The translations under genes and the position numbers were made by a program. A model generated the notes under the pieces. That model saw only the letters and a list, made by a program, of their open reading frames with translations. It did no database searches and had not been told where the DNA came from. From Rhizophagus irregularis (lineage: Eukaryota), in contig NC_089435.1 of the NCBI RefSeq assembly GCF_026210795.1, positions 1,426,001 through 1,490,000 of the forward strand: a DNA stretch of 64,000 bases, in the 5' to 3' direction. Positions 1 through 10,936 of this stretch are shown here, piece after piece. Positions within the stretch are counted from its first letter, which is position 1; each line of letters opens with the position of its first letter.

Positions 1-412
1 TACAGATTAAGAAAAGTGATATTTTCTTAAAAAATATAGGTAAGGCAAATCCACTGTTATTAATTAACAAAATATCATTGATTTTATTGATGAGCTGTTT
101 AGCACCACAAATTACTAATATGTTAATTCAGTTGGTTCGAACTGCCTTTGTTCATCACTACAACCGAAGGTAAAGATATTGATGTAATAAAAGGTCTCGA
201 TAATATAACCAAAGACTTATCTGTGTGGGAACAATATTGCTAATAATTCATTAATATAAATATCATTTTTATAATACATTAATAAAATTATGTATTAATT
301 ATTCATTTAATATATTATTCTTTATTAAGCGACTTAAAAATTTAAGTTCAATGTAGTAAAAACTTGACATAAATATCGTTACAATGTGTCCAAATTGCCC
401 TATTAAACTTAC

Positions 413-2250
413 TTAGATTTGTATAGTTAGAGGAAACAGTTCGTTAATGCAACTACCAAATTTTTCACATAATTCTATAAAAGTTTTCGCAATACTTATC
501 GTTTTAATATATTTTATCAAAGGTTTCATTTGGGAAATTTCTAATATAAATTTTTTAATTCGTGTTATAATATCAAATAAATCTTGTAAATGTAAATAAT
601 TTTTAATATTAAAAAAATCTTCTCTATCTTCACTATATTCTTTAAGACTTCGTATGGCTGATTCTGCAGCATGGACTTGTTTTTTTAATATGTCACAAAT
701 TTGTTTTCTATGTCTAGAAGCTCCTGCTACTAATTCGATGATTTCATTAAAAATATTTCCAATTTCATTAATTAAAGAAATAAATTTTGGAACTGGGGCA
801 TTGACAGCATTGACTAGTATAAAAATAATTAAATTATTAATAATAAAAATCGTTGTTATTAATCAATATAATTAATATTAAACTTACTTGGATTTGGATA
901 ATTAGAAGGAATAGATAAATCATCATTATCATTATTTTTTGAATTACTTTTGACATCAATATGATTGTGCACATTATGTTGCGGAGATTGTGCATCCTCA
1001 ATTTTTAAATGAATTAAAATTTCATGTACTTCTTCATTATTTTTTGAATTACTTTTGACATCAATATGATTGTGTACATTATGTTGCGGAGATTGTGCAT
1101 CCTCAATTTTTAAATGAATTAAAATTTCATGTACTTCTTCAATATCGGGTCTTAATTTTGGATCGTCATCCCAACATATTTGATAAAGTCTTTGATACTT
1201 TAGAGGTGTACCTTCAATTGGATTTTCTCTATTACCATCTTTAATATGATCGGTAAGTAACTTTTGTGGATAGCCAGAAAAAGGACGATGGCCACTTGAT
1301 ATTTCCCATAATAAAATACCTAAACTATAGATATCGGACTTCTTATCTTTTTTATAGTTGATAATTTTAAAACATTGTGGTTCAATATATTCAACCACCC
1401 CATATCTATTACCCACTGAATCAGTTGTAACTTCCGCCAACTTTTTAGATAATCCAAAGTCAGCAATTATTAAGTTTCCATTATTTACCAATATATTTTT
1501 TGAGTGCTACAAAATAATGACAGTATTAATTTAAATTATCGAAACCAAAATCACGAATGAAATACTATTAAGTAAATACTCCTTTACCAAGTCTCTATGG
1601 ATTATTTCTTTGAAATGTAAAAATTTCAGACCATCGGTAATATCCAATGCCATTCGAATTTTATCATTCCATTTCAAGGAAGCAAAATTTTTGTTCAAAT
1701 AACCTTTTAAATTTCCTTCGTTAGCATATTCCAACACCAAAATATTATACTTGGGATCTATTAATTATAAATATAAATAAGTTAGATTAAACTGTATAAA
1801 TAAATTATTATTAAAAAATAATCTTAACATAAACCTTTTGTTATTCCCAGACAACGATTGATGTTTGGATGATTACCAACTTCGTAAAGGAGTTTCAACT
1901 AAAAAAAAATATGATAAAAAACAAAATTTTAAATTTTATTTTTATATACTGTACAACATAAAAATTATGGTAAAAAACAAAATTAATTTTATTTATATAT
2001 ACTGTACAACATAAAAAATGATTTCTACCTCCTTTACAAACTCATCATTAAACTCATCATGTTCCTCCTCTGAATTTTCATTACAAATAATTTTTAATGC
2101 GACTAATCCCGTATTAGCCAAATCTGCTTTATTCACTATACCAAAACTTCCTCTACCAATTATAGTGATTTGACTAAATTTATCTAGTTCAAAATAACGG
2201 ATATATCCATTTTTAATCTTTTCTTTAACCCATTCTTTTACCGAAGTCAT
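413..2250 (-). CDS. Tyrosine-kinase-like protein kinase with a C-terminal MLKL/HeLo-like helical-bundle domain (5 exons, ~491 aa)
   Basis: Exons 2250-2029, 1898-1835, 1757-1588, 1506-888 and 813-413, all with GT-AG introns; total 1476 nt, in frame. Kinase motifs GRGSFG, VALK, HRDL|HSKN, DFG and SDIYSLG. The last exon reads INAVNAPVPKFISLINEIGNIFNEIIELVAGASRHRKQICDILKKQVHAAESAIRSL...ELCEKFGSCINELF. Without the last intron the ORF stops at 859. Confidence 0.8.
931..1140 (-). repeat. In-frame 105-bp tandem duplication (EEVHEILIHLKIEDAQSPQHNVHNHIDVKSNSKNN x2)
   Basis: 931-1035 and 1036-1140 are nearly identical (gtgcac vs gtgtac is the difference I see); the peptide appears twice in ORF 859..1491. 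Confidence 0.95.
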
Positions 2251-2619
2251 TTTATTATTTATGTTTATTTTGTGTTATCATATATTTTTTTTTTTTTAAA
2301 AAAAAAAAGAATTTCAGCGTTTCGCGCCGTTCTAAGAATTTTAAATGAGCCCATTGATACATGATTGCACAAATGATGCATTTGTGACTTAGTCTTTTGG
2401 CTACAACATATCATAATTGGAAAAAAAAAAATGAATAAATAGTAACTATGCAGTTGCATTGATCAGCTGTGTCTATATTTGTATAACTAAAGTGTAACAT
2501 GGAAACGCGTGATATGTCTGCGCCTGAACTATTCATTGTTCTAACGAAAAAAAAAGTTTTTAATCATATTTCATTTTGCAGCAGCGTATCGCAATTATCA
2601 CATCGCTGAAGCTTCCTAC

Positions 2620-3010
2620 CGGTTCTTATAGACTGAAATTTTTTTTTGAATTTTATTTTTTTAGTTTTTTTTTTTCAAACCGAAAAAATTTAATTATTTT
2701 TTTTATTTTTGGTTTTTTTATTCAATACCGAAAAAATTTTTTTTTATTTTTTTTTATTTTTTTCTTTCAAATTGAAAAAATTTTTTTAATTTATTTATTT
2801 TCAGTTTTTTAGTTCAATACCGAATATATATATATACTGTATATATTTTTTATCATTTTTTTTATTTATTTTTTTTTTTGGTGCAAGCTACAAAGTACGA
2901 AATTTTTTTTAATCAATTTTTTTTTATTTTTTTTTTTAGTTCAATATCGAAAAATAGATTTTTTTTAATCATTTTTTTTTTGGTTTGGTTTTAGTTCAAT
3001 AATTTTTTCA
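2620..3010. repeat. T-rich low-complexity block with recurring TTCAATACCGAAAAAA-type motifs; similar blocks at ~45450-45580 and, inverted, ~59060-59380
   Basis: Repeated ttcaa(a/t)accgaaaaaa / ttcaatatcgaaaaa motifs between poly-T runs; the ORFs over it are Phe-rich artefacts. Confidence 0.55.
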
Positions 3011-3689
3011 TCATTTACCTCGCTTATTTAATAAATCAATTGTGTAAATATCATAACCGATAATCACTAACTTTTTCCAAATAAAGAGTATTAACTGAAC
3101 TTCTGAATAATAAGAAGCTTATAATTAAATTAAAACTTTCTGATGCACTCGCCCAAAAATTTTTGAGAAATAAAATCGGGAAAAAATTCTCTACCACTCT
3201 TAATAAATATAGAAAAGCCATATTAGACGTGAAAAGTGTTTAGCGACATATTTTATAACGAAACAAGAACTTTTATTAACAAATTTTTTCGAAATATTGA
3301 AAGTTTATTATTAGTACGAGCGCTTGAAAGTAAAATAGAAAAAGTTTATGGTATAACTTCAAAGTCTCCTAAATTTTTCCAAAACATAAGTCGAGATACT
3401 AGGTTGAATATCGAAACAATAGAGAAGAATTGTATGTAAACTATATCGAAAAGATGTTGAAACTATAGAAAGACAAATTCAAGGCTCTGTGAGGCGCAGT
3501 AAAATGAAAGGATAATAACATATGACCTTGGCAGTTTCGTAGGACTGAAGTAATAATTATAAATTATAAAAATTTTTTTTTTTCTTGTAATTTGACTGCG
3601 CAATAAATAAAATGTAATTTTATAAAACTCGTTGCTTAGCATCGAGAACTTTTTTATATAAAACAATCTACTAAGTGTGACGGTATGAG

Positions 3690-4485
3690 TGAAAATTTGT
3701 AGTTACCGACAGGGTTAAATTATCGTCAATCAAATTTACCGACACAGATAGGTGGTTGGCACAGCAAAATTATCAAAAAAATTATTAAACACAAAACATA
3801 CAGTACTTCGCAACTACTATACATTTATTAATTTATTCTGTTTAATATTTATGAATTAACTGTTAATGCAGTAATGCTTTAATTGTGGCTAAAATTTATT
3901 ATAAATATATTAAATTATATTGTTCATATTGTATTATTATGTTGTATTTACATCATTGATTATTTTTTATCAAAGTCTAAAAAAAACAGTCAGCAATTTG
4001 ATTGTCGGTAATTGTTTGTCCCTTCGGTAATTTGACTGTCGATAATTTTATATATATCCAGACTCATTTTTTTTTTAACAAAAATTTTAAAATTTTGTCA
4101 TGGTTAACATCAAATCAATATTTGTTAACATATTTATAAAATTTTGCGATCAGTATTTTTTAACTCTAATATCCTAAATAATTATAAATTCGAAAATTAT
4201 ACCCACAAATAAACAAACAGCATTGAAAGCAACAATTTTCTGAATATCTATCAATCAATTTTTTTTTCTTTCCCTCCTTTATGCTTTTCAGATATGTTAA
4301 GCTATATTCTTTTAAGTTTTTGGCGTAAGATGATTTTTGTCATTTTTTTTTTTATATAATTTCTTTAAAAATTTAGCCTTTAAAAACAATATTTTTTTCT
4401 CAACATAAGAGTTTAATTATTGGGAATTGAGATGTCATTAATTTCATTGTCAGTAATTTAAATGTCGGTAATGTGACCGGGTCCC
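3690..4485. mobile_element. Degraded non-autonomous DNA-transposon relic with inverted TTACCGAC subterminal motifs
   Basis: aattatcgtcaatcaaatttaccga (~3719-3743) is inverted relative to tcggtaatttgactgtcgataatt (~4024-4047); more GTCGGTAA copies at ~4003 and ~4463, ending in a GC-rich gtgaccgggtccc end. Confidence 0.4.
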
Positions 4486-4589
4486 AAAAATTAATTTATG
4501 TAAATGAAAATTTTTTAATTTATTCATCATTCATACTCGTATTACGTGACTTTATAGAAAAAAATTATATAAAAACAAATTTTAATAAA

Positions 4590-4830
4590 TATAATTTTAA
4601 AAGGAACATAGTATGGTATGAGTATTTTTTTTCTGCCCTGCAATTTTACTTAAAGCGTCAAAGTTGGTTTTTAATGTCAATTTTGACTTATTTAACAGAT
4701 TTTGGTTTTCTTCTGTTTCACGCTAAAATTTAATTCTGCCCAACATTAAATGATCAGCATAGAAAATTATATTTTTTGGAAACCTGTGTACAAACACAGA
4801 TAGAAATCGTTCATTATAAATCTATTTTTA
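4590..4830 (+). repeat. Dispersed non-coding duplication, copy 1 (copy 2 at ~32255-32480)
   Basis: Shared blocks ttaaagcgtcaaagttggtttt, ttctgcccaacatta-atgatc, atagaaa..ttttttgga and aatcgtt occur in the same order in both copies. Confidence 0.75.
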
Positions 4831-5324
4831 ATGATTAATTTAAGTGATGTCAAATTTTTTTTATATATTATAGAATAAAAACTTATATTATTTTGCGTTT
4901 ATTTTCTCAACAACTAGTGATCAAGATTAAATTAAGATTAGAATTTATATATTCGTTATTAACGAATGATATTTTTAAGACTGTAACAAAAAAGAATTAT
5001 AAACTAACAATAATTTTATTTTATAAATATGTTAAATAGTAATTTAATGCATTTTATACATTCATTTTTGTAAGAAATGCAATTACTTCTTTTTATTTAA
5101 ATCACATGAACGGCAAATTTTATCATTACTTTTAAAGGAATTTCTCAACGCAGATCAGTGCATCGGAAAAATTATGGCCCGCAAATATTTTTTTATTGTA
5201 ACTTCTACTTTTGGTTATCAGTATTCCTTTTAAGTAACTCATTCATGAAAGTTTTCGTATAAAAAACATTTGTCTAGAAAAATAATAATTTTTTTAGTAA
5301 AACAAATTTCTAAAATAAAAACAA

Positions 5325-8300
5325 ATGGAAACCAAATTCAGTAAATCTAATACCTCAGTTACTGATATAGTAAATACCAAAAATTGTTTATATTGTAATA
5401 AACCCTTTACTGAAGAATTATGGTGTAAAGAATGTATTAATTCTTTAGAAAAATCAGCAGAAAATGGTAATAAAGTAGTGATGTTTAATTTAGCCAAAAG
5501 GTATTACAATGGGGAAGGAACAGAAAAGAATTTAGAAAAAGCCTTCTATTGGTATCAAAAAGCAGCAGAAAATGGGTTCACTGATTCAATGCATGATCTA
5601 GCCAATAGATATTATAGTGGAGAAGGAACAGAAAAGAATTTAGAAAAAGCCTTTAATTGGTATCAAAAAGCAGCAGAAAATGGTTTCACTAAAGCAATGC
5701 ATAATTTAGCAAGTAGATATTATAGTGGAGAAGGAACAGAAAAGAATTTAGAAAAAGCCTTTTATTGGTATCAAAAAGCAGCAGAAAATAGTTTCACTGA
5801 TTCAATGCATTATTTAGCCATGTGTTATGAAGATGGAGAAGGAACAGAAAAGAATTTAGAAAAAGCCTTTTATTGGTATCAAAAAGCAGCAGAAAATGGT
5901 TTCACTGGTTCAATGTATAATTTAGCAAATAGATATTATAGTGGAGAAGGAATAGAAAAGAATTTAGAAAAAGCCTTTTATTGGTTTCAAGAAGCAGCAG
6001 AAAATGGCTTAGCTTATGCAATGAATAATTTAGCTGTATGTTATGGAAATGGAGAAGGAACAGAAAAGAATTTAGAAAAAGCCTTTAATTGGTATCAAAA
6101 AGCAGCAGAAAATGGTTTCACTAAAGCAATGCATAATTTAGCAAGTAGATATTATAGTGGAGAAGGAACAGAAAAGAATTTAGAAAAAGCCTTTTATTGG
6201 TATCAAAAAGCAGCAGAAAATAGTTTCACTGATTCAATGCATTATTTAGCCATGTGTTATGAAGATGGAGAAGGAACAGAAAAGAATTTAGAAAAAGCCT
6301 TTTATTGGTATCATAAAGCAGCAGAAAAAGGTGCTAATGAATCAATGTTTAGTTTAGCCATGTATTATGAAAATGGAGAAGGAACGGAAAAGAATTTAGA
6401 AAAAGCACTTTATTGGCATCAAAAAGCAGCAGAAAATGGTTTCACTGATTCAATGCATAATTTGGCAATCAAATATTATAGTAAAGGAGGAGCAGAAAAG
6501 AATTTAGAAAAAGCCATTTATTGGTATCAAAAAGCAGCAGAAAATGGCTTCAATGGTTCAATGCATTATTTAGCAATGTGTTATGAAGATGTAGAAGGAA
6601 CAGAAAAGAATTTAGAAAAAGCCATTTATTGGTATCAAAAAGCAGCAGAAAATGGTTTCACTGATTCAATGCATAATTTAGCAAATAGATATTATAGTGG
6701 AGAAGGAACAGAAAAGAATTTAGAAAAAGCCATTTATTGGTATCAAAAAGCAGCAGAAGATTGTTTCACTAATTCAATGCACAATTTAGCCATGTGTTAT
6801 GAAAATGGAGAAGGAACAGAAAAGAATTTAGAAAAAGCCATTTATTGGTATCAAAAAGCAGCAGAAAATGGTTTCACTGATTCAATGCATAATTTAGCCA
6901 ATAGATATTATAGTGGAGAAGGAACAGAAAAGAATTTAGAAAAAGCCTTTTATTGGCGTCAAAAAGCAACAGAAAGTAACAAAATAGATTTTAAAAATGA
7001 AGATGAATTATGTAATATATGCAACCAACTATATACTAATTACCAGTGGTGTCAACAATGTAATGCTAAACAATTTCAACATGATTTTTCAAAGTGGACC
7101 AGTAAAAATGAATTTATTGATAAATTTATTCAAGATTCACAACTAAATGCCAAAAATAGTTATGAAGTTTTAGAATGGATAGCTTATGATAAATTGTCAA
7201 ATATTAATTATTATGATAAAGGAGGATTTAGTGAAATTCATAAAGCTATCTGGTTAGATGGACCTATTTTTAGTTGGAATTTTGACAAACAACAATGGAA
7301 TAGACAATTAAGCTATGAGGTTATTCTTAAAACACTTAATCATTCATCAAATTTAAATAGTAATTTTCTGGATGAGGTATATATATCATTTATATTTATT
7401 AGCAAATTTTTTTCATTTACAAAAATTAATTTTGTTTTATTATTTATACAGTGGAAATATCATTATAATTGTCAGAAAAAATCATTTTCAAAGTTTATTC
7501 AATTTTTTGGATTTACCCAGGATCCAAATAATTTAAATTATATAATAGTAATGAGTTATGCAAAAAAAGGATGTTTAAGAAAATGTTTATCTGATATAAT
7601 TAAATTTAAATGGCAAGAAAAGTTACAATTATTGAAAAAAATTGTATTAGGGCTCAAAGTAATTCATGAATCAAATTTAACTCATGGTGATTTTCATGAT
7701 GGTAATATTTTAATATCAGATAGCTATAATGAGTTATTTATTATTGATTTAGGATTATGTAAACCTGTAAATGATTTACAAGATTCTGACAATAAAATTA
7801 AAGAAATTTATGGAGTATTACCTTATATGGCACCTGAAACATTAAGACAAAAACCCTATACACCAGCAAGTGATATTTATAGTTTTTCAATGATAATGTG
7901 GGAATTTACATCAGGTATTCCTCCATTTAATCATGTAGCACATGATCATCACCTCATTTTGAGTGTCTGTGAAGGGAAACGCCCTGAAATTATTGAAAAT
8001 ACTCCAAAATGTTATATAGATTTAATGAAAAAATGTTGGGATTCAGATTCTTCCAATAGACCAACCATAACAATGCTTGAAGATATTATATCTGAGTGGG
8101 TTAGATGTATTAATAAATATTATACAATTAACAGGGATGGAAATTATAAATATGAAGTACCTAATATTGATAATAAATTAAAGGATGATATGATTGAATT
8201 TATAGAATCAAACAAAACTTTAGTACATAAGCAAGTAAATGCTTCTATTATACAATCTCATACACAAGCATACTATACAAGTCGTAAACTTACTGAAATC

Positions 8301-8348
8301 TTAGTTCATGAAAAGTCTGATTGTTTTGAATGTATAGTTAAAATTTAA
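5325..8348 (+). CDS. Sel1-repeat (14x) tyrosine-kinase-like kinase; one in-frame intron at 7377-7451 (~982 aa after splicing)
   Basis: ORF 5325..8348 with 36-aa Sel1 repeats GEGTEKNLEKAFYWYQKAAENG and kinase motifs KGGFS, VILK, HGDFHDGN, DLG, APE, SDIYSF. The 75-nt GTATAT...ATACAG segment after LDE sits where the related kinase at 21701-28508 has its intron. Confidence 0.93.
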   Translation: METKFSKSNTSVTDIVNTKNCLYCNKPFTEELWCKECINSLEKSAENGNKVVMFNLAKRYYNGEGTEKNLEKAFYWYQKAAENGFTDSMHDLANRYYSGEGTEKNLEKAFNWYQKAAENGFTKAMHNLASRYYSGEGTEKNLEKAFYWYQKAAENSFTDSMHYLAMCYEDGEGTEKNLEKAFYWYQKAAENGFTGSMYNLANRYYSGEGIEKNLEKAFYWFQEAAENGLAYAMNNLAVCYGNGEGTEKNLEKAFNWYQKAAENGFTKAMHNLASRYYSGEGTEKNLEKAFYWYQKAAENSFTDSMHYLAMCYEDGEGTEKNLEKAFYWYHKAAEKGANESMFSLAMYYENGEGTEKNLEKALYWHQKAAENGFTDSMHNLAIKYYSKGGAEKNLEKAIYWYQKAAENGFNGSMHYLAMCYEDVEGTEKNLEKAIYWYQKAAENGFTDSMHNLANRYYSGEGTEKNLEKAIYWYQKAAEDCFTNSMHNLAMCYENGEGTEKNLEKAIYWYQKAAENGFTDSMHNLANRYYSGEGTEKNLEKAFYWRQKATESNKIDFKNEDELCNICNQLYTNYQWCQQCNAKQFQHDFSKWTSKNEFIDKFIQDSQLNAKNSYEVLEWIAYDKLSNINYYDKGGFSEIHKAIWLDGPIFSWNFDKQQWNRQLSYEVILKTLNHSSNLNSNFLDEVYISFIFISKFFSFTKINFVLLFIQWKYHYNCQKKSFSKFIQFFGFTQDPNNLNYIIVMSYAKKGCLRKCLSDIIKFKWQEKLQLLKKIVLGLKVIHESNLTHGDFHDGNILISDSYNELFIIDLGLCKPVNDLQDSDNKIKEIYGVLPYMAPETLRQKPYTPASDIYSFSMIMWEFTSGIPPFNHVAHDHHLILSVCEGKRPEIIENTPKCYIDLMKKCWDSDSSNRPTITMLEDIISEWVRCINKYYTINRDGNYKYEVPNIDNKLKDDMIEFIESNKTLVHKQVNASIIQSHTQAYYTSRKLTEILVHEKSDCFECIVKI
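5469..6980 (+). repeat. Coding tandem array of 14 x 108-bp Sel1 units
   Basis: Counted in the translation; units 3-4 recur almost identically as units 7-8 (432-bp offset). Confidence 0.95.
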
Positions 8349-10009
8349 TAATTCTGTTATTTATTCTTTATTTGTTGTACTATTTGTCATTTTGTCAGTT
8401 ATTATATTGCAATTTTTACTATAAAGTAAATATTTTAAATATAGATATAATAATTATTGAAATAATCTTTATTTATAATTTTATTTTTGTTTGAAATTTT
8501 TCATGTTTAATATTTATATCCATGCTTTAAGATTAAGAATTTACCAGTATTATTTATTTGCCTTAAAATAATATTATAGTTATGTTTCATAGACTATGGA
8601 TTCTTAAAATACTATAATCATAAAATTCATTTATTGAAGTTGTATCATCGATGCCATCTTTTAGATTATTACTTATTTCTATTTCCTTTCTAATTAAGAT
8701 TGATAAACTATTTTTATTGTAAGCAAAAAGGTTAATATATAGTTACTTGGTGAAACTATATTTGGCTAATGTTAAAGTCTAAATTAAAACCACCTAAATT
8801 CTGAAAATTTTGACAGGTGTCTAAGCATCTAAATTTTGACATAACTATTTGACCAAATCAAAGTCAAAAATTTAGTTTATATGATTACTAATCTATTAAA
8901 AAAATACATTTAGTTTTAGTTTTTAAGTATAAACTAAGGGCTGAAATAGAAAAATAAATTAACAGTTACAAAAGAAATAAAGAAATATTAAACTAGTATA
9001 TGTGTAGTAAAATTCATAATTCTTATATTAAAACTATATAAGGTTTTAACACTGTTTAAGTTTCAAGCTTTTAAAAATAACATGTCAAAACATTTAAACA
9101 AGTTTGGACTTTCAATTTTGTCAAACTATCATGTAATTCTTAAATTCTAGTAGTTATACATATATAAATTCATATGTCACCAAAAACTAATATAATTAAA
9201 TATTAAAAGGCTGGTGAAATACTTCTGTAAAAAGATTAATTCCTTGATCCTTCAAATTATTTTTTGATTCATCTGATAAATGTAAAATTATTACTTTAAA
9301 TAAAATATTAAATGCGTTTTTTGGTTCGTGCTACCAAGTTCTATTAACAAAGAGACATTAATAAATAGTTTTATTGTCATCGTTTAATTCTTTTAATATC
9401 AAATAAATAACGTCTTTATTAAGTTCCGACGTTTTTCGTTTTTAAAGAAGAGGAAATTTTCCTACTGTATGAAGATTATTTAATATCCGATACGATATTA
9501 CATATGTATGAAGCGTATCGGATGATCAGATTTGTGTCAGGTGATAACTAACATAATCAAGAAATTGTTAATGCGGTTTCAAAACATTTAAGAATTTTCC
9601 TGCTTGACATAAAATAAATAAATAAATAAACATTTAAGAATTTTAAGAATTGATCTACAAATCACATTTTAGGAATCTTGCAAAAAAATTTTTTTTTTTT
9701 TTCGAAAAAAAAAAAGGAAAAAAAATAATTATAAAAAATTTCAATTAATTTCTTATAAATTTTCGTTTTTTTAATGTTATTTACATTTCAAAAAGGCATT
9801 TCAATAAATATGTTTGTTACATATATTGTTCAGAAATAAATATTGCTTTCTAAATAAAAAAAAATTACTGTATTCGCGAATTCTTTCTTACTTCCCACGG
9901 CTTTTGATCGTATAAATAGGTTCACCAACAGTTTTTGTTTCTTTACATGTTCATACAATTATATATACATATATATATATTTTTTTTTAAAAAAAAAAAT
10001 TATTTATTT

Positions 10010-10554
10010 TAAGGTTGGATTAGTCTTAGGACTGTTCTTCACGGTTTTCGGTCAGGATTTGGACTGGGACCAATTATATAAAATTTTCATCATGACAAAA
10101 TTTCATTTTGAAATATCAAAATTTTTTCATATTTTGATACTTTGTAATAATATATCATTCGATTTCTTATTGATGGTTTTAAAAAGTTAAAAGTACGAGA
10201 AATAATTTATTATGTGTTACATGATCGACATATTACCACAATAGTTTTATTAATATTTCAATAAATTGAATAGTACAGGTTTTTTTAAATTTTTATCAAA
10301 AATGGACTAGTATTTTTATTTTTTTAATCTCTGTCGAGTCATATTTAGATTACAATGAAAACAAAGGTAATAAAATAAATTAATGTTAAAATTTATAGTG
10401 CGACCATTGCCTTTGTTGATCAATCCAACTATATCATACCACCGTTAAAATTACAAAGACTCGTCTTGTAAACGGTCAAAAGACCGGTCCTGACTGAAAG
10501 ACCGGGTCTTTCGGAATGGAACTAGACCAGGCCGAACTTATTCAACCAACCTTA
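10010..10554. mobile_element. Probable non-autonomous DNA transposon (hAT-like termini), ~545 bp
   Basis: Ends TAAGGTTGG ... CCAACCTTA; GC-rich subterminal GGACTG / AGACCGG motifs at both ends of an AT-rich core; no clean TSD found. Confidence 0.5.
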
Positions 10555-10904
10555 TTTATATTAATTATGTATGAAATTTCATACATACGTGGTATCATGC
10601 ATTATTTGTCATATGATTTTAAGTAAACATTTTTTTTCTTTTTGAAGATAAATTTAGAAGTGCTGCGTAAGATATAAATAAATAAAGTATAAATCATGAA
10701 TGGTCAATTATAAGTTAATTTTTTACAGTATTGTTTATGAAAATTTTTACAGTATTGTTAATGCAAATCATTAATATTTCCATTTTCCTTTCATGATGAT
10801 TTGCATACTACATATGCAGGGCACATATTTGTTTGCATACTTTACGCCATCATCCGTCCTAAAAGTATAAATTAAAGTTACAAAGCCTAATTTTCTTTTT
10901 TTTT

Positions 10905-10935
<31 letters not shown>

Positions 10936-10936
<1 letters not shown>

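Noticed and set aside
654..875. 73-aa plus-strand ORF
   Set aside because: Antisense shadow of the minus-strand helical-bundle exon and intron
4650..4670. Kolobok-type TTAA|AG transposon end
   Set aside because: Similarity with the 32.3-kb copy extends upstream of the TTAA, and no opposite end was found
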